The position numbers were made by a program, and so were the translations under genes. The notes under the pieces are model-generated. The model searched no databases, was not told where the DNA came from, and saw only the letters and a list, made by a program, of their open reading frames with translations. A DNA stretch of 64,000 bases from an uncultured Clostridia bacterium (GTDB lineage: Bacteria; Bacillota; Clostridia; Christensenellales; UBA1242). Positions within the stretch are counted from its first letter, which is position 1. Every line of letters starts with the position of its first letter. The stretch spans positions 25,952 to 89,951 of the forward strand of contig CALWKD010000017.1 of assembly GCA_944381175.1 (NCBI GenBank), written 5' to 3'. Positions 35,186 to 45,434 of this stretch are shown here, in pieces.

Positions 35186-35310
35186 AAAATCTCCTTAAAA
35201 ACAAAATAGAAGCAAAGATTATGACAAAAATGAATGTTTCAAAAAATCAAAACACCAAACTCTTTCTTCTCTGTCTATTTTAAGACTTTTCACAAAAAAA
35301 GTCCAACGAT

Positions 35311-35844
35311 TTACACAGCAATTCCCCATTTTTGTTGATTTTCTTCAGAATTTTCTGCACTTTCAACAACTATTGTCAAGATATATTTCTCTTTGCTTGA
35401 AAAATTATTTTCAAGAGGAATTTGAATATAGTCGCAAAACAGCACCTTTCCTCCCACTCCAAGCACATCTTTGTAATAATAATATTCTCCGTCAAAATTA
35501 AAATTTTCGGTAGTTGAGAACTCCAACTTTTCTTCGATTGCATCACCAAAAACCTTTGCCTTAATCCTAATCAAAGTGTCATTCTCTGCGTTTTTTGCAC
35601 TAATTTGAATTTTTTGTGGAATCTTTTCATTTGGCAAATATGACCCGTCAAAAGTGAACGAAAGAACACTTGCCTCATCTGGCAAAACTTCAATCGTGGA
35701 TGTTTTTCCGACAGAAATATCCGAGTTTAATTTTGTGAAAGACATCGAAAAAAAGTATCCATTGACACCCAATATTATCGAAACTATAAGCAAAATTGCC
35801 AATGCAATCACAGCAAAAAGCCAGCCAATATTTGATTTATTCAT
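35311..35844 (-). CDS. hypothetical N-terminally anchored extracytoplasmic protein
   Basis: 177 aa. There is one N-terminal TM/signal helix (WLFAVIALAILLIVSIILGV) and a beta-rich remainder. No motif was recognised. Confidence 0.4.
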   Translation of the reverse strand: MNKSNIGWLFAVIALAILLIVSIILGVNGYFFSMSFTKLNSDISVGKTSTIEVLPDEASVLSFTFDGSYLPNEKIPQKIQISAKNAENDTLIRIKAKVFGDAIEEKLEFSTTENFNFDGEYYYYKDVLGVGGKVLFCDYIQIPLENNFSSKEKYILTIVVESAENSEENQQKWGIAV

Positions 35845-35888
35845 AATGGTATTTTTTGCTTAAATCAAAAAGTTATGCCAATTTGAAA

Positions 35889-37235
35889 TCAGTTTTTCTT
35901 ATTTTTTCGCCTAGTGGCTCTCTCCGTTCTAAAATTCTCGATTTGAATCCTTCTAAACTCTTGACTCTCAGCCTGAAGAGACCTTCGTTTTTGCACCCAA
36001 CGATACTTTTTGTTCCCATAAACCGTGTCGTAAACCATAATTCCAAGTCCCTGCAACAAGTAGAAATAATAGTCGCAGAATCTCCAAATGAGCAAAGGCC
36101 AAAAGACGCTTCCTCCAAGATATGACCTAAAGAGCCACGCAAAAGTGATTTCGTTCAAGACCAATCCACCAGGAAGAGGAATAAACACAGTCGCTAAATC
36201 GACAAGCACGGTGTAGACAAAAAAGTCCCCATAAATACTTATGTCGCAATCTCCTCTAAATGCACAACAAATAAAGAAAGGAATTGAATAAAGCAAGGCA
36301 AATCTTGCGACATTCAGCACAAATTGGTAGACTAAGTCAAACTTGCTCTTTGCAAATTCTTTCATCGACGCTTGGTAGTCCTCAATAAAAGTCACAACCT
36401 TTGAATACGCTTTGTCAAAATCTTTCAAAATTCTCATCTTGACCAAAACTTTGATCGCCCAACCTGCAACATTCAAGCAAAGTTTCTTGGAGACAGAGAA
36501 TGTGAGCATCAAAATCAACATCACCAAAGTGAAACAAAAAACAATGACACTGATGATTGACACCATACCAGTGATACCATTTGAAAATGAAATAATGAGG
36601 CAAATCATCGTAAGCAAAAGCCACGCAGTGTTTTGAAACATCAATTTTGAGACTGGAATTGAGAGTGACGCAGCACCAGATATGTCTCTTTTTGAGAGGT
36701 AGTTGATCATAAAAGACTGCCCGCCATTTGGAATGAATGTGATTCCGTTGTAATATCTCCAAGTCGCCATTGATTTATATGACAATGCCCATCTTGACCT
36801 CAAGGTCTTTCTGTAAATCAACCTATGAACTGAAAGCACATCCAAAAAAACAATCAGAGCCAAAAAGAGAAAGACGACAACCAAAAACCAGCCATTCACA
36901 ACCTGTCCAAAAGGTGCTTCTTCGCCACTTGTGAAAATATCCCAAATCAAGATACCCACAACAAGCACTATGTTGAGAATAAAAAATATTGCCTTCCAAA
37001 TTTTCTTTTTCTTGGTTGAGGTTTGAGACTCTTCAATTTCCTTATTTACTTCTTCAAGTTTTTCCTCAACCTTTTTGTTTTCTTCCTCAGACAGCCCTTT
37101 ATCAATTTCCTTTTGTCTTGCGATTTTTCTGTCTGACCTTCTTTTTTTTATGCGCGAAAAAAGTGATTGCTTTGAAGAATCTTCAGCAATTTCAATCTCC
37201 TTTTCTTCATCTTTCACTTTTTTTTCGCCAAGCAT
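35889..37235 (-). CDS. polytopic membrane protein, flippase-like / lysyl-PG synthase TM-region family (UPF0104-like)
   Basis: 448 aa. It has a charged K/E-rich N-terminus followed by about 8 TM helices. Its composition and length resemble LPG_synthase_TM-type proteins. This is a family-level guess only. Confidence 0.45.
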   Translation of the reverse strand: MLGEKKVKDEEKEIEIAEDSSKQSLFSRIKKRRSDRKIARQKEIDKGLSEEENKKVEEKLEEVNKEIEESQTSTKKKKIWKAIFFILNIVLVVGILIWDIFTSGEEAPFGQVVNGWFLVVVFLFLALIVFLDVLSVHRLIYRKTLRSRWALSYKSMATWRYYNGITFIPNGGQSFMINYLSKRDISGAASLSIPVSKLMFQNTAWLLLTMICLIISFSNGITGMVSIISVIVFCFTLVMLILMLTFSVSKKLCLNVAGWAIKVLVKMRILKDFDKAYSKVVTFIEDYQASMKEFAKSKFDLVYQFVLNVARFALLYSIPFFICCAFRGDCDISIYGDFFVYTVLVDLATVFIPLPGGLVLNEITFAWLFRSYLGGSVFWPLLIWRFCDYYFYLLQGLGIMVYDTVYGNKKYRWVQKRRSLQAESQEFRRIQIENFRTERATRRKNKKN

Positions 37236-37249
37236 CTCATATTAATATT

Positions 37250-37292
37250 AGCAAAAAAACAACTCCTTGTCAATTTAAACAGGAGTTGTTGA
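37250..37292 (-). terminator. rho-independent terminator after the PrsA-like gene
   Basis: The minus strand reads CAACTCCT-N13-AGGAGTTG followed by TTTTTTT. Confidence 0.55.
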
Positions 37293-37298
37293 AATTTT

Positions 37299-39032
37299 TT
37301 AATACAAATCTTTGATATTTTCGGTGTGAATTTCGATAGATTTTGTTTTATCTCTCAAATCATTCATATCCATATTTTGGAAAACCGAGAAATTGTCAGA
37401 CGCAAGTTCGTCATACAAAAGGTCAAGAAGTGTTTTGCTTGAGAATACATTCAACTTTGTTGAAGCAAGAATTTTGATATTCTCTTGGTCACTGGAAGCA
37501 TCAAATGATGATGTGACATCAAAGAGGTTTTGAACCTTGCCTGCATAGAAGAAAACATAAAATCCGTCGTCAGCCTGCACAATTTCGGACATATCACCAA
37601 TCTCAGCATTCCCGTCATTATACAACTTCAAAATTGCCTCTTGGATTGCCTCATCTTCATATCCTTCAGGAGTGATAGCCTCCGTGCCAGAAGCATTTAC
37701 ACCAAAGACAGCATTATAATCTGCATTTTTGTATGTGTCGTCATCATTATATAAGTAGAAATATTTCCTGTATTGTTCAACCTTGTTCTCAGTCGAACCT
37801 TTTACATCTCTTTGAAGATATGTTTCAAGGGTGTTTACAGAGATTGTGTCTTCCACCTTACCTGTCTCGGCATTTCTAACAGAGACAAGTTCTTTGTTCC
37901 TATCAAACAATTTTTGAACTTCAATATTGTATTGAGCGTTTGAAATCTCACCATTATCCCTTTGTGTTTGAAGTTCGCTCAACCCATCAACCGATATTTT
38001 GATTGGTGCAACATAGAAATAATTCCCAGCACTTGCATTATCTTTGTTTTCAACGATATAGTCTACATTTGCTATGTCAGTAAGCACAGAACTTTCAAAA
38101 GAGGAGAAATTTTCTTCCATAACATAGTTTGTGTAATCAACTCTCACTCTTTGTGAGTATGCTTTCAAAACGTCTGTCACAGTGACATTTGAGATATCTC
38201 CATTTGCCTTGTTGTATAAATCTTCATATTTTTCAACAATATAATTGTCCCTCAAAATCTCATAGACTCTGTTGATTTCAAACTTAAACCACTCGTCGCC
38301 TTTGAGATTTTTGTAAGAGTAATTATCTTTAATATCTTCCAAATATCTGTTGTAAGCAACGCTCCAAGCCTTTTCTTCAGTCATTGCATAAATATTTTCA
38401 AACATCAAATCTTGGAAAGGATATTCTCCGTCAACTTCCAATTCAAAATCAAAATTTCCATACTCATTTGAATGAACAGTGTAATTTCCTCTGATTGCAG
38501 TGTCAGTGTTCTTTTTCTTTATAGCCCAATTTCCGTTTTCATCTTGCACCAAAGAGTCGATTTGAGAACTGTAATCAGTAAACACGGAAGCATCAGTGTT
38601 TGTCGAAGAGGAATCGCCCTCAGGCTCTTCATAGCCTTCAAGATATGATTTCAAGTTTGAAAGCACCGCATCATAAGTTGAATCCCAAAGATACGACTTT
38701 TCACTTGCATCAAAAAGTTCCTTTCCCATTGCTTCATATCTATCTTTAACATCTTTGATTGTCAAATATTTTTCAACTATTGTCTCAATTGTGGTTTTGA
38801 CTGCCTGTTCTGTTGTTTGTCCATAGTTTTGAACATAGTTGTATCCATAACTGTTGAAAGCGGTGATAAGTTCCCTCTTTGTAATCTCTTGAGTGGAGTT
38901 GTCTTGATAAGTTATCGTCGCAACAACCGCCTCATAATATTTCTCATCTTTTCTTTCGACCAGTGCACAACCTGTAAAAACAGAGAAACACATCATAAAC
39001 ACAAGCAATAACGATAAAATCTTCTTTTTCAC
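37299..39032 (-). CDS. PrsA/SurA-like foldase-family lipoprotein (parvulin region degenerate)
   Basis: The GTG at 39032 follows GGAGA. The lipobox is VFTGC. It has a SurA-N-like region and a C-terminal GDMSEIVQADDGFYVFFY reminiscent of a parvulin end. It lies directly downstream of mfd, as prsA does in Clostridia. Confidence 0.45.
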   Translation of the reverse strand: MKKKILSLLLVFMMCFSVFTGCALVERKDEKYYEAVVATITYQDNSTQEITKRELITAFNSYGYNYVQNYGQTTEQAVKTTIETIVEKYLTIKDVKDRYEAMGKELFDASEKSYLWDSTYDAVLSNLKSYLEGYEEPEGDSSSTNTDASVFTDYSSQIDSLVQDENGNWAIKKKNTDTAIRGNYTVHSNEYGNFDFELEVDGEYPFQDLMFENIYAMTEEKAWSVAYNRYLEDIKDNYSYKNLKGDEWFKFEINRVYEILRDNYIVEKYEDLYNKANGDISNVTVTDVLKAYSQRVRVDYTNYVMEENFSSFESSVLTDIANVDYIVENKDNASAGNYFYVAPIKISVDGLSELQTQRDNGEISNAQYNIEVQKLFDRNKELVSVRNAETGKVEDTISVNTLETYLQRDVKGSTENKVEQYRKYFYLYNDDDTYKNADYNAVFGVNASGTEAITPEGYEDEAIQEAILKLYNDGNAEIGDMSEIVQADDGFYVFFYAGKVQNLFDVTSSFDASSDQENIKILASTKLNVFSSKTLLDLLYDELASDNFSVFQNMDMNDLRDKTKSIEIHTENIKDLY

Positions 39033-39091
39033 ATTAAATCTCCATTTTTGTAAATAGGGGAATCCCTGCATTTTGTCTCTTAAACTGTAGT

Positions 39092-39120
39092 ATTATATAA
39101 TAAAACGAGACAAATTTCAA
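39092..39120 (-). promoter_or_regulatory. sigma-A-type promoter of the PrsA-like gene
   Basis: On the minus strand: TTGAAA (39120..39115), 17-nt spacer, TATAAT (39097..39092). Confidence 0.45.
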
Positions 39121-39138
39121 GCAAAAGAGTGCAAATTC

Positions 39139-42100
39139 TTAATCTTTTTTAAATCCAACCGCATTTGAGAAAATCTCAATCAAAAGGTCAACCTTTTCTG
39201 CCACTTTCCCGTTTGAATTCACACTTAGAATTGGCAAATCTTCAAATTTTAGTCGGGTGTCGTAAAATTTGATAACATTCGACAATCTTCCGTCAATTAC
39301 CTCCTCATTCTTATAGAAATACACAAGACAATCTTTTGCATTTATTTTTATTTTGAAGACATTGAAATTTTTGGCAAGATTTTTTAGGTATGCCACTTTG
39401 CAAAGGTTTTCAACCTCAGTCGGCATATCGCCATAACTGTCCACGAGATTTTCCGTCGTCTGACGATATTGCTCAATAGTGGAAATTCTGCTGATTTTGT
39501 TGTAGAAGATAATTCTCTCCTCTTGCGACGAGATATAATCCTCCCCAATAAATGCGTCGAGCATAAGTTCCATTTTGATTTCTTTCTCCGCCTGCGGTTT
39601 TTCACCAGCAATCTCCTTTGTGACCTCTTCCAAGAGTTTGACATAGAGGTCATAACCCACTTTTTGCATATGACCGTGTTGTTCTTTTCCCAAAATGTTT
39701 CCCGCTCCACGAATCTCCAGGTCTCTCATAGCAATCTTGAAACCGCTTCCAAGTTCCCTAAACTCCTTGATAGCCTCAAGCCTCTTGTAAGCATCTTCGG
39801 TGAGCACCTTTCCTCCGTCATAGGTCAGATACGCATATGCGAGTTTGTCGGACCTTCCAATTCTTCCTCGAATTTGATACAACTGACTTAAGCCCAAATT
39901 GTCGCAATCGACGACAAAAAGTGTGTCTAGTGCAGGCAAATCAATGCCGTTTTCAATCAAAGTGGTGGAGATAAAGAGGTTGAACTTCCCGTCATACAGA
40001 TCCGCAATCACCTTTGCAAGTTCCTTTTCATACATTTGCCCGTGTGCAACCCCGATGCTTGCCTGAGGCAAAAACGATGCAACGTGAGATCTAAAATTGT
40101 AAATTTCCGCAACTTTATTAAACAAAACCAACGCCTTCCCACCACGAGACAACTCCCTTGAGACAACATCTTGAAGTAGTTGGTCGCTGTAAGGCGTGAC
40201 ATAGGTTTGAATTGGAAGTCTGTCTTTCGGCGGTGTCGCGATGACACTTATGTCTCTGATTCCAGAAAGTGACATATGCAAAGTTCTCGGAATTGGAGTT
40301 GCAGACAAGGTCAAAACATCAATATTTGTCTTGATTTTTTTGATTTTTTCCTTATCTTTGACGCCAAAACGCTGTTCTTCGTCCAAAACGAGAAGCCCAA
40401 GGTCCTTAAATCGCAGTTTTTCGTTGAGAATTTTGTGAGTGCCAATCAAAAGGTCAACTCTCCCCTCTTCCACCTTTTTATAAATCTCTTGTGTTTCTTT
40501 TTCCGACTTAAACCTATTTAAAATCTCAATTCTCACTCCGAAATCTGACATTCTTTTCATTGCCGAGCGATAATGCTGTTCGCTCAAAATTGTGGTCGGA
40601 CACAAAAACGCAACTTGTTTTCCATTGTAAATTGCCTTAAACATCGCCCGAAACGCAACTTCCGTCTTTCCAAAGCCCACATCACCGCAAAGAAGTCTGT
40701 CCATAATCTTTGGGCTTTCCATATCTTTGTCTATATCAACAACCGCCATTGCTTGGTCAGGCGTCAACTCAAACTCAAAAGCATCAGAAAACTCTTTTTC
40801 AAGTTCTTCATCTCGGTGAAAGACAATTCCCTTGCTCTCCTCTCTTTCCTTGTAAATCTTTGCAAGTGAAATTGCCACTTCTTTCAAATCTTCTTTGACT
40901 TTTTGCTTAAGTTTGCTCCATTCGTTCGAGCCAAGAGCATTGAGTTTTGGGTTGTCTCCGCCCACATAAGCGGTGACGAGGTTCGCCTGCTCGGTTGGAA
41001 GATACAAAAGTGCACCGTTTTTGTATTCCAGAACAAAATAATCTTTTTCAAAATGCGAAAGTTTCAAGCGCACAATATCTTTGCATTTTCCGATTCCATA
41101 AAAAGAATGGACGACATAATCTCCAACTTTTGGCAAATATGAAAAATTCTGCTTTCCAGTGCGGAAATCAGTTCTGTTGCTTCGATACATATCATCAGTG
41201 CCAATTCCAACAACACCTTTTGAAAGAAAACTGAAAGAATATGGGAAATAATCTCTACACAAATAGATTGAATTTTCGTCGGTGACATTCCCGTCAAAAA
41301 CCTTGTAAGGAACACCATTCGTAACCAAAAATTCTCTCAACATCTCAAAAAAACTTCCAGCATACAAAAAGACCTTAATCCGTCCGTCTGCATACATTAA
41401 AATGTCTTTTTTGAGGGCCATAAAATCAGTCACATAACTTTTCTGCCCAATCGTTTTGTTTTCAAAATCGCACTTTTCGGTGTTTGAAAAAATGACACAC
41501 TTTGACAAATCTGTTTTTCCGAAATCAAGAAAGACTTTCTCAACATTCCAAGACAATTCCGCTCTGCTTTTTGCCAAAATATTGCATTCGTTCTCAATTT
41601 TTTGCGGTTCTTCAACAATAATTGAATCGCACAAATCAAAAACTGTATTCTCTCCAAACTTCAAAAAAAGTGGCGAAATTGCAACTTTTTGCACAATTTG
41701 TTGTGTTTTCATATTTGAAAAATCAAAGGAAATTATCTTCTCAATCTCGTCATCAAAATACTCCACACGATAAGGAAATTCTTGCCCAGCCGAAAAGATG
41801 TCAACCACCTCTCCCCTCACCGCAAATTGCCCAACAGCAGAAACATATTCCACCCTCTCAAAGCCGAAATCGGAAAGTTTTCTTGAAAGTTTTTCAATTG
41901 GAAATTCCTCGCCCGCCTCAAATCTTATTTTCTCATCAAGAAAGTCCATATCAAATTTGGTTGTAAGTGAGGACGGCAAAAAAATAAGCACATCAATCTT
42001 ATCGTTCAAAAACCCTGAAACAGCAGAGGCAAACGGAAAGAGGTTTTCATCTTTTTCGTTTTCATTTTCCCTTCCGCAAGAGACAATCTCAACATTTCTC

Positions 42101-42273
42101 CCACAATCTGCCAAGCCTTTTTTAAGTTTGCTTGCACTGACAAAATCGGAGCAAAGATAGACAAGTTTTCCCTTCGACGCACAATACAAGACTTTTTCTC
42201 CGACAAAAAAACCGCCCAACTTTCTTTCGTTTGGCAAAATGTTGTTTTTCAGATACTCAACAAAATTATCCAT
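39139..42273 (-). CDS. mfd: transcription-repair coupling factor
   Basis: Contains a CarD/TRCF domain (GDYVVHSFYGIGKC) and SF2 helicase motifs GDVGFGKTEVA and DEEQRFG. The MDNFVEYL start at the ATG at 42273 lies 2 nt after the pth stop codon. Confidence 0.93.
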   Translation of the reverse strand: MDNFVEYLKNNILPNERKLGGFFVGEKVLYCASKGKLVYLCSDFVSASKLKKGLADCGRNVEIVSCGRENENEKDENLFPFASAVSGFLNDKIDVLIFLPSSLTTKFDMDFLDEKIRFEAGEEFPIEKLSRKLSDFGFERVEYVSAVGQFAVRGEVVDIFSAGQEFPYRVEYFDDEIEKIISFDFSNMKTQQIVQKVAISPLFLKFGENTVFDLCDSIIVEEPQKIENECNILAKSRAELSWNVEKVFLDFGKTDLSKCVIFSNTEKCDFENKTIGQKSYVTDFMALKKDILMYADGRIKVFLYAGSFFEMLREFLVTNGVPYKVFDGNVTDENSIYLCRDYFPYSFSFLSKGVVGIGTDDMYRSNRTDFRTGKQNFSYLPKVGDYVVHSFYGIGKCKDIVRLKLSHFEKDYFVLEYKNGALLYLPTEQANLVTAYVGGDNPKLNALGSNEWSKLKQKVKEDLKEVAISLAKIYKEREESKGIVFHRDEELEKEFSDAFEFELTPDQAMAVVDIDKDMESPKIMDRLLCGDVGFGKTEVAFRAMFKAIYNGKQVAFLCPTTILSEQHYRSAMKRMSDFGVRIEILNRFKSEKETQEIYKKVEEGRVDLLIGTHKILNEKLRFKDLGLLVLDEEQRFGVKDKEKIKKIKTNIDVLTLSATPIPRTLHMSLSGIRDISVIATPPKDRLPIQTYVTPYSDQLLQDVVSRELSRGGKALVLFNKVAEIYNFRSHVASFLPQASIGVAHGQMYEKELAKVIADLYDGKFNLFISTTLIENGIDLPALDTLFVVDCDNLGLSQLYQIRGRIGRSDKLAYAYLTYDGGKVLTEDAYKRLEAIKEFRELGSGFKIAMRDLEIRGAGNILGKEQHGHMQKVGYDLYVKLLEEVTKEIAGEKPQAEKEIKMELMLDAFIGEDYISSQEERIIFYNKISRISTIEQYRQTTENLVDSYGDMPTEVENLCKVAYLKNLAKNFNVFKIKINAKDCLVYFYKNEEVIDGRLSNVIKFYDTRLKFEDLPILSVNSNGKVAEKVDLLIEIFSNAVGFKKD

Positions 42274-42275
42274 CG

Positions 42276-42776
42276 CTAAATTCTCGCACAAATCTCATCG
42301 ACCGCTTTTGCGATAATAGGCTCAAAAACGCTTCTGTCAAACTTTGAAAGCACATAATCTGCAAGGTCCATTGAAATATCTCTTCCAATGCCAATTTTGA
42401 CACGCTCAAAATCTTGACCGATGTATGAGACAATGCTCCTAAGTCCATTGTGTGTGCCAGCAAAGCCGTGTTCTCGATAGCGAATATTCCCTTTTGGCAA
42501 ATCAATATCATCCACCACAACGATTATTTTTGCATCTTTAAACTTTTCTTTGACCAAAACGACACACTCTCCGCTCAGATTCATATAAGTTTGAGGTTTG
42601 ACAAGCAAAACTTTTTCCCCGTTTATCACGCCCTCGCCCACAAGAGCCTTAAATTTTTTCTTGTCGACGGAAATACCGAAACGCTCTGCCAGAGCATCAA
42701 TCGTTTCAAATCCAATATTATGATAAGTCCCTGCATACTTTGCGTCGGGATTTCCAAGTCCAACCACAATCACCAT
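42276..42776 (-). CDS. pth: peptidyl-tRNA hydrolase
   Basis: Contains VGLGNPDAKYAGTYHNIGF and GTHNGLRS, the canonical Pth motifs. Confidence 0.9.
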   Translation of the reverse strand: MVIVVGLGNPDAKYAGTYHNIGFETIDALAERFGISVDKKKFKALVGEGVINGEKVLLVKPQTYMNLSGECVVLVKEKFKDAKIIVVVDDIDLPKGNIRYREHGFAGTHNGLRSIVSYIGQDFERVKIGIGRDISMDLADYVLSKFDRSVFEPIIAKAVDEICARI

Positions 42777-42777
42777 T

Positions 42778-43539
42778 TCAAATTTTTTCCTTTATAATTC
42801 TTGCAAATGGGCCGACGGTTCTCTCATTCTCAATCTTCCCACTTTCAATGTAACTTTGACAGATAAACGCTCCGTCGCAAACAATGCTATCTATGATATA
42901 ATTTCCACTTTCCAAAATGACACCTTTGCCGATGTAGGTCTGCCCTTTGAGGATGTTGTTTGGATAAACAATCGTTCCGCCCTCAATCTCAACATCCGCG
43001 TCAATAAAAATGGTGTTTTCTCCAAACAAAATGACGCCATTTTCTTTGTGATAGGACAAAATTCTCTCATTCAAAACCTTGTAAGCGAAGGAGATTTTCG
43101 CAGTTTCATCAACAACAAAGAAATCGTCCTTTCCAAAAGACATCTCCCCTGTGGACATCAACATCTTTGCGTTTTTCAAATACTCAGACTTAAACACAAC
43201 CCCACGAGGAAGTCTCATAAAATTTAAACCATTCGCAGTGAAATAATTCATCATTTCAAGAAATGTCGCCTTCTGCAAAAGTGGTGCATCGCTATACAAA
43301 ACGACGACAAAACTTGCCCTGTCAGCATACGGTCTTGCCACATCAAGCACATCCACATCTGTTCTCTCTTCCAAAATCACCTGCTCGCACCCCGAACTTG
43401 CAAGCCTCACCCAGTCCAACATCGACTTCCCACAAAGACTGAAATCGGCATTCATTTTTTTTGATTTCAAAATCAAAACGAGCGTATCCTCAGCAGACCA
43501 ATCCACGATTTGCCCTTTTGCGAGAGGTTTTGTTTTCAT
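42778..43539 (-). CDS. GlmU-like nucleotidyltransferase / left-handed beta-helix protein, short and degenerate
   Basis: The likely start is the ATG at 43539, with GGAG 6 nt upstream; an alternative ATG is at 43698. The 417-aa track ORF overlaps the divergent gene, so I trimmed it. It has hexapeptide-like repeats at the C-terminus. The GxGTRM signature is replaced by KSKKMN. It occupies the glmU position upstream of pth-mfd. Confidence 0.5.
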   Translation of the reverse strand: MKTKPLAKGQIVDWSAEDTLVLILKSKKMNADFSLCGKSMLDWVRLASSGCEQVILEERTDVDVLDVARPYADRASFVVVLYSDAPLLQKATFLEMMNYFTANGLNFMRLPRGVVFKSEYLKNAKMLMSTGEMSFGKDDFFVVDETAKISFAYKVLNERILSYHKENGVILFGENTIFIDADVEIEGGTIVYPNNILKGQTYIGKGVILESGNYIIDSIVCDGAFICQSYIESGKIENERTVGPFARIIKEKI

Positions 43540-43718
43540 ATCTTGCTCCAGAAAATCAAAACTAATCTGATTTTCCAAAGTTTCTGTTTCCATTTCCAAA
43601 ATCATATTATCCATATGATTATTATAATTTTTCTTGCCGTCTTTGTCAACCAAGATAGACTCTCCCACAAAATTATAGACAAAAATTCTTAAATTCATTT
43701 TTAAAATGACAAAAAATA

Positions 43719-43727
43719 TGATAAAAT
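43719..43727 (+). promoter_or_regulatory. extended -10 element 5 nt upstream of the ATG at 43733
   Basis: TGaTAAAAT (hexamer 43722-43727), then AAACT, then ATGATG. No SD. Confidence 0.35.
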
Positions 43728-43732
43728 AAACT

Positions 43733-44902
43733 ATGATGAAAGCAAAAAGCGTGCAAATTTGTATGTTGGTGTTTTTGGTGGTGTTTCTTCCAGCAATGAT
43801 TTTCACTTTCGCCAGCACGGCAAGATTCCATAGTGCCCAAGCGGAAGAAAGTTCTGTGATAATTGAAGATCCCACGCAAACCGAAGAGCCTCTCTCTTCA
43901 AATGCCACGATTGAGGACCTGACGGACAGCGACGGGTTCTTCACAGTGAAATCAGCTCCAGTCGGCAGGACATCAGCCACTCCAAATTGCACACTCCAAA
44001 CGACGATGACCGACAGTGGAGAAACCATCACATATTACTGCTTCAAATGGAGAGACATATCTTCAATAACCTTCAGTTTTTCTTCAAATCTTTCAAATTC
44101 GAGATATCTTTTCACAAATTATGAGTTTATTGTGACTTCAATACAAAACGAAAATCTTGAGACACCAATTGGACAAGGCAAGACCCAAACTCTTCTGTCA
44201 AACACGATAGCAAACAATCGTCCGTCTTTCCCAAATGTGTATTATTATTTTGACAGCGATGTCGACACCTCAGGTTCTGCGACAATGTTCAACGGAACCG
44301 ACTTCGGACTTTACAAATTTGATTTCAACTATACCTACACAGAAAACACATCCGACGCAACTTCTCACACCATTTCAATCGGAGAAATTTACATCGCAAT
44401 AATTCCAGACGACATTGACCCAATCTCCGCTTCGCAGATAAGTTTGACTTATTCAGTCTCCAGTTCAAACCAACTTATGAATGTTTACAATCTCTCTTTT
44501 TCAAACAAGGATACTTTCAGATATGTAAACCCAAAATACATCAAATGGACGGTGATTGGAGAAGACAAGAGAAATGTTGATTATGTTTTGACAAAGCAAT
44601 ACAGAGATGAGTTTTATCCTTCATATTCATACATTTGGTCGGCACTTCCAGATGATATGCAAGAAGGTGACAATTTCATTTTGGACACAAACAACATTGA
44701 AGGAGAGTGGAGAGTTTATTGCACAATCTACAATTCTGATGACACCGTGAAAGCAGTTTTGTCGACAGAAATTTTGTCCACAATAAAATATGAAGAAGAG
44801 TCAAATCTCTGGCTGATACTCCTCATAATTTTGATAATAATTTTGATTGCAATAATAATTTCTCTCATAATTTATCGCCATAAAAATAAAGAAAAAGTAT
44901 AA
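43733..44902 (+). CDS. hypothetical type-I membrane / surface protein
   Basis: 389 aa. It has an N-terminal signal peptide (VQICMLVFLVVFLPAMIFTFASTA), a beta-rich N/S/T/Y-rich ectodomain, and a C-terminal TM helix followed by YRHKNKEKV. Confidence 0.5.
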   Translation: MMKAKSVQICMLVFLVVFLPAMIFTFASTARFHSAQAEESSVIIEDPTQTEEPLSSNATIEDLTDSDGFFTVKSAPVGRTSATPNCTLQTTMTDSGETITYYCFKWRDISSITFSFSSNLSNSRYLFTNYEFIVTSIQNENLETPIGQGKTQTLLSNTIANNRPSFPNVYYYFDSDVDTSGSATMFNGTDFGLYKFDFNYTYTENTSDATSHTISIGEIYIAIIPDDIDPISASQISLTYSVSSSNQLMNVYNLSFSNKDTFRYVNPKYIKWTVIGEDKRNVDYVLTKQYRDEFYPSYSYIWSALPDDMQEGDNFILDTNNIEGEWRVYCTIYNSDDTVKAVLSTEILSTIKYEEESNLWLILLIILIIILIAIIISLIIYRHKNKEKV

Positions 44903-44932
44903 AAAACACACTCCGTAGTGTGTTTTTTGTTT
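44903..44932. terminator. rho-independent terminator
   Basis: Perfect stem AACACACT (44905-44912) / AGTGTGTT (44917-44924) with loop CCGT, extendable by A:T pairs. It is followed by TTTTGTT and starts immediately after the stop codon at 44902. Confidence 0.65.
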
Positions 44933-45029
44933 ATTTTTAAAGATTTTATTGTCTTAAATTTAAAAATTAAAATTCCAAAAATCAGAAAAAATAAATTCAT
45001 TTATTTCTTAAAAATTTTAAATAAAAAAT

Positions 45030-45434
45030 CTAAAGGATATTATGGAAACTAGCACCCATAAAATGTTGGAATGTTTCAACATAGTGTTTTATTATTTCAA
45101 GTGAAGTGAAAAACTCAATTTCTTCCTCTTCGTCTATGTAAGTTTTAAGTCTGACGATTTCCACTCCCAACTGTTCAATAGATTTGTGATTCACCATAAA
45201 ACACAGCCTCCCCTCATTTTCCTTCCAGGACACTTCCAAATTGTCGACGAGGGAAGCAACCTCTCCGTTTATTATTCCGCCATTCTCTTCCGAGGCGAGT
45301 TCAATTGCATAGCAATAGTTCTTCACTTCCATCAAAGAGCCCGCAACAAGCCTGTCTTCAATCACACAAATTGCAGTCAAAAGTGCCAAAATCACCAAAA
45401 AAGAGACCAATTTAAAAACCCCAACCTTAGTCAT
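45030..45434 (-). CDS. DUF4363-family protein
   Basis: 134 aa. It has an N-terminal TM helix and a C-terminal ...HFMGASFHNIL. Its start overlaps the stop of the upstream DUF421 gene by 4 nt, which is a typical pairing. Confidence 0.6.
   Translation of the reverse strand: MTKVGVFKLVSFLVILALLTAICVIEDRLVAGSLMEVKNYCYAIELASEENGGIINGEVASLVDNLEVSWKENEGRLCFMVNHKSIEQLGVEIVRLKTYIDEEEEIEFFTSLEIIKHYVETFQHFMGASFHNIL

Noticed and set aside
39139-42291. Mfd (about 1,044 aa) and Pth (166 aa) look somewhat shorter than the Bacillus or E. coli proteins, which might suggest truncated variants.
   Set aside because: All diagnostic motifs are present and the termini look intact. Length differences of this size are within family variation, and I cannot align them rigorously here.
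43540-44031. The 417-aa ORF upstream of pth has an N-terminal extension in the track, making it 42778-44031.
   Set aside because: The extension overlaps the divergent, signal-peptide-bearing gene starting at 43733 and has no RBS. The internal ATG at 43539 has GGAG at 6-nt spacing.
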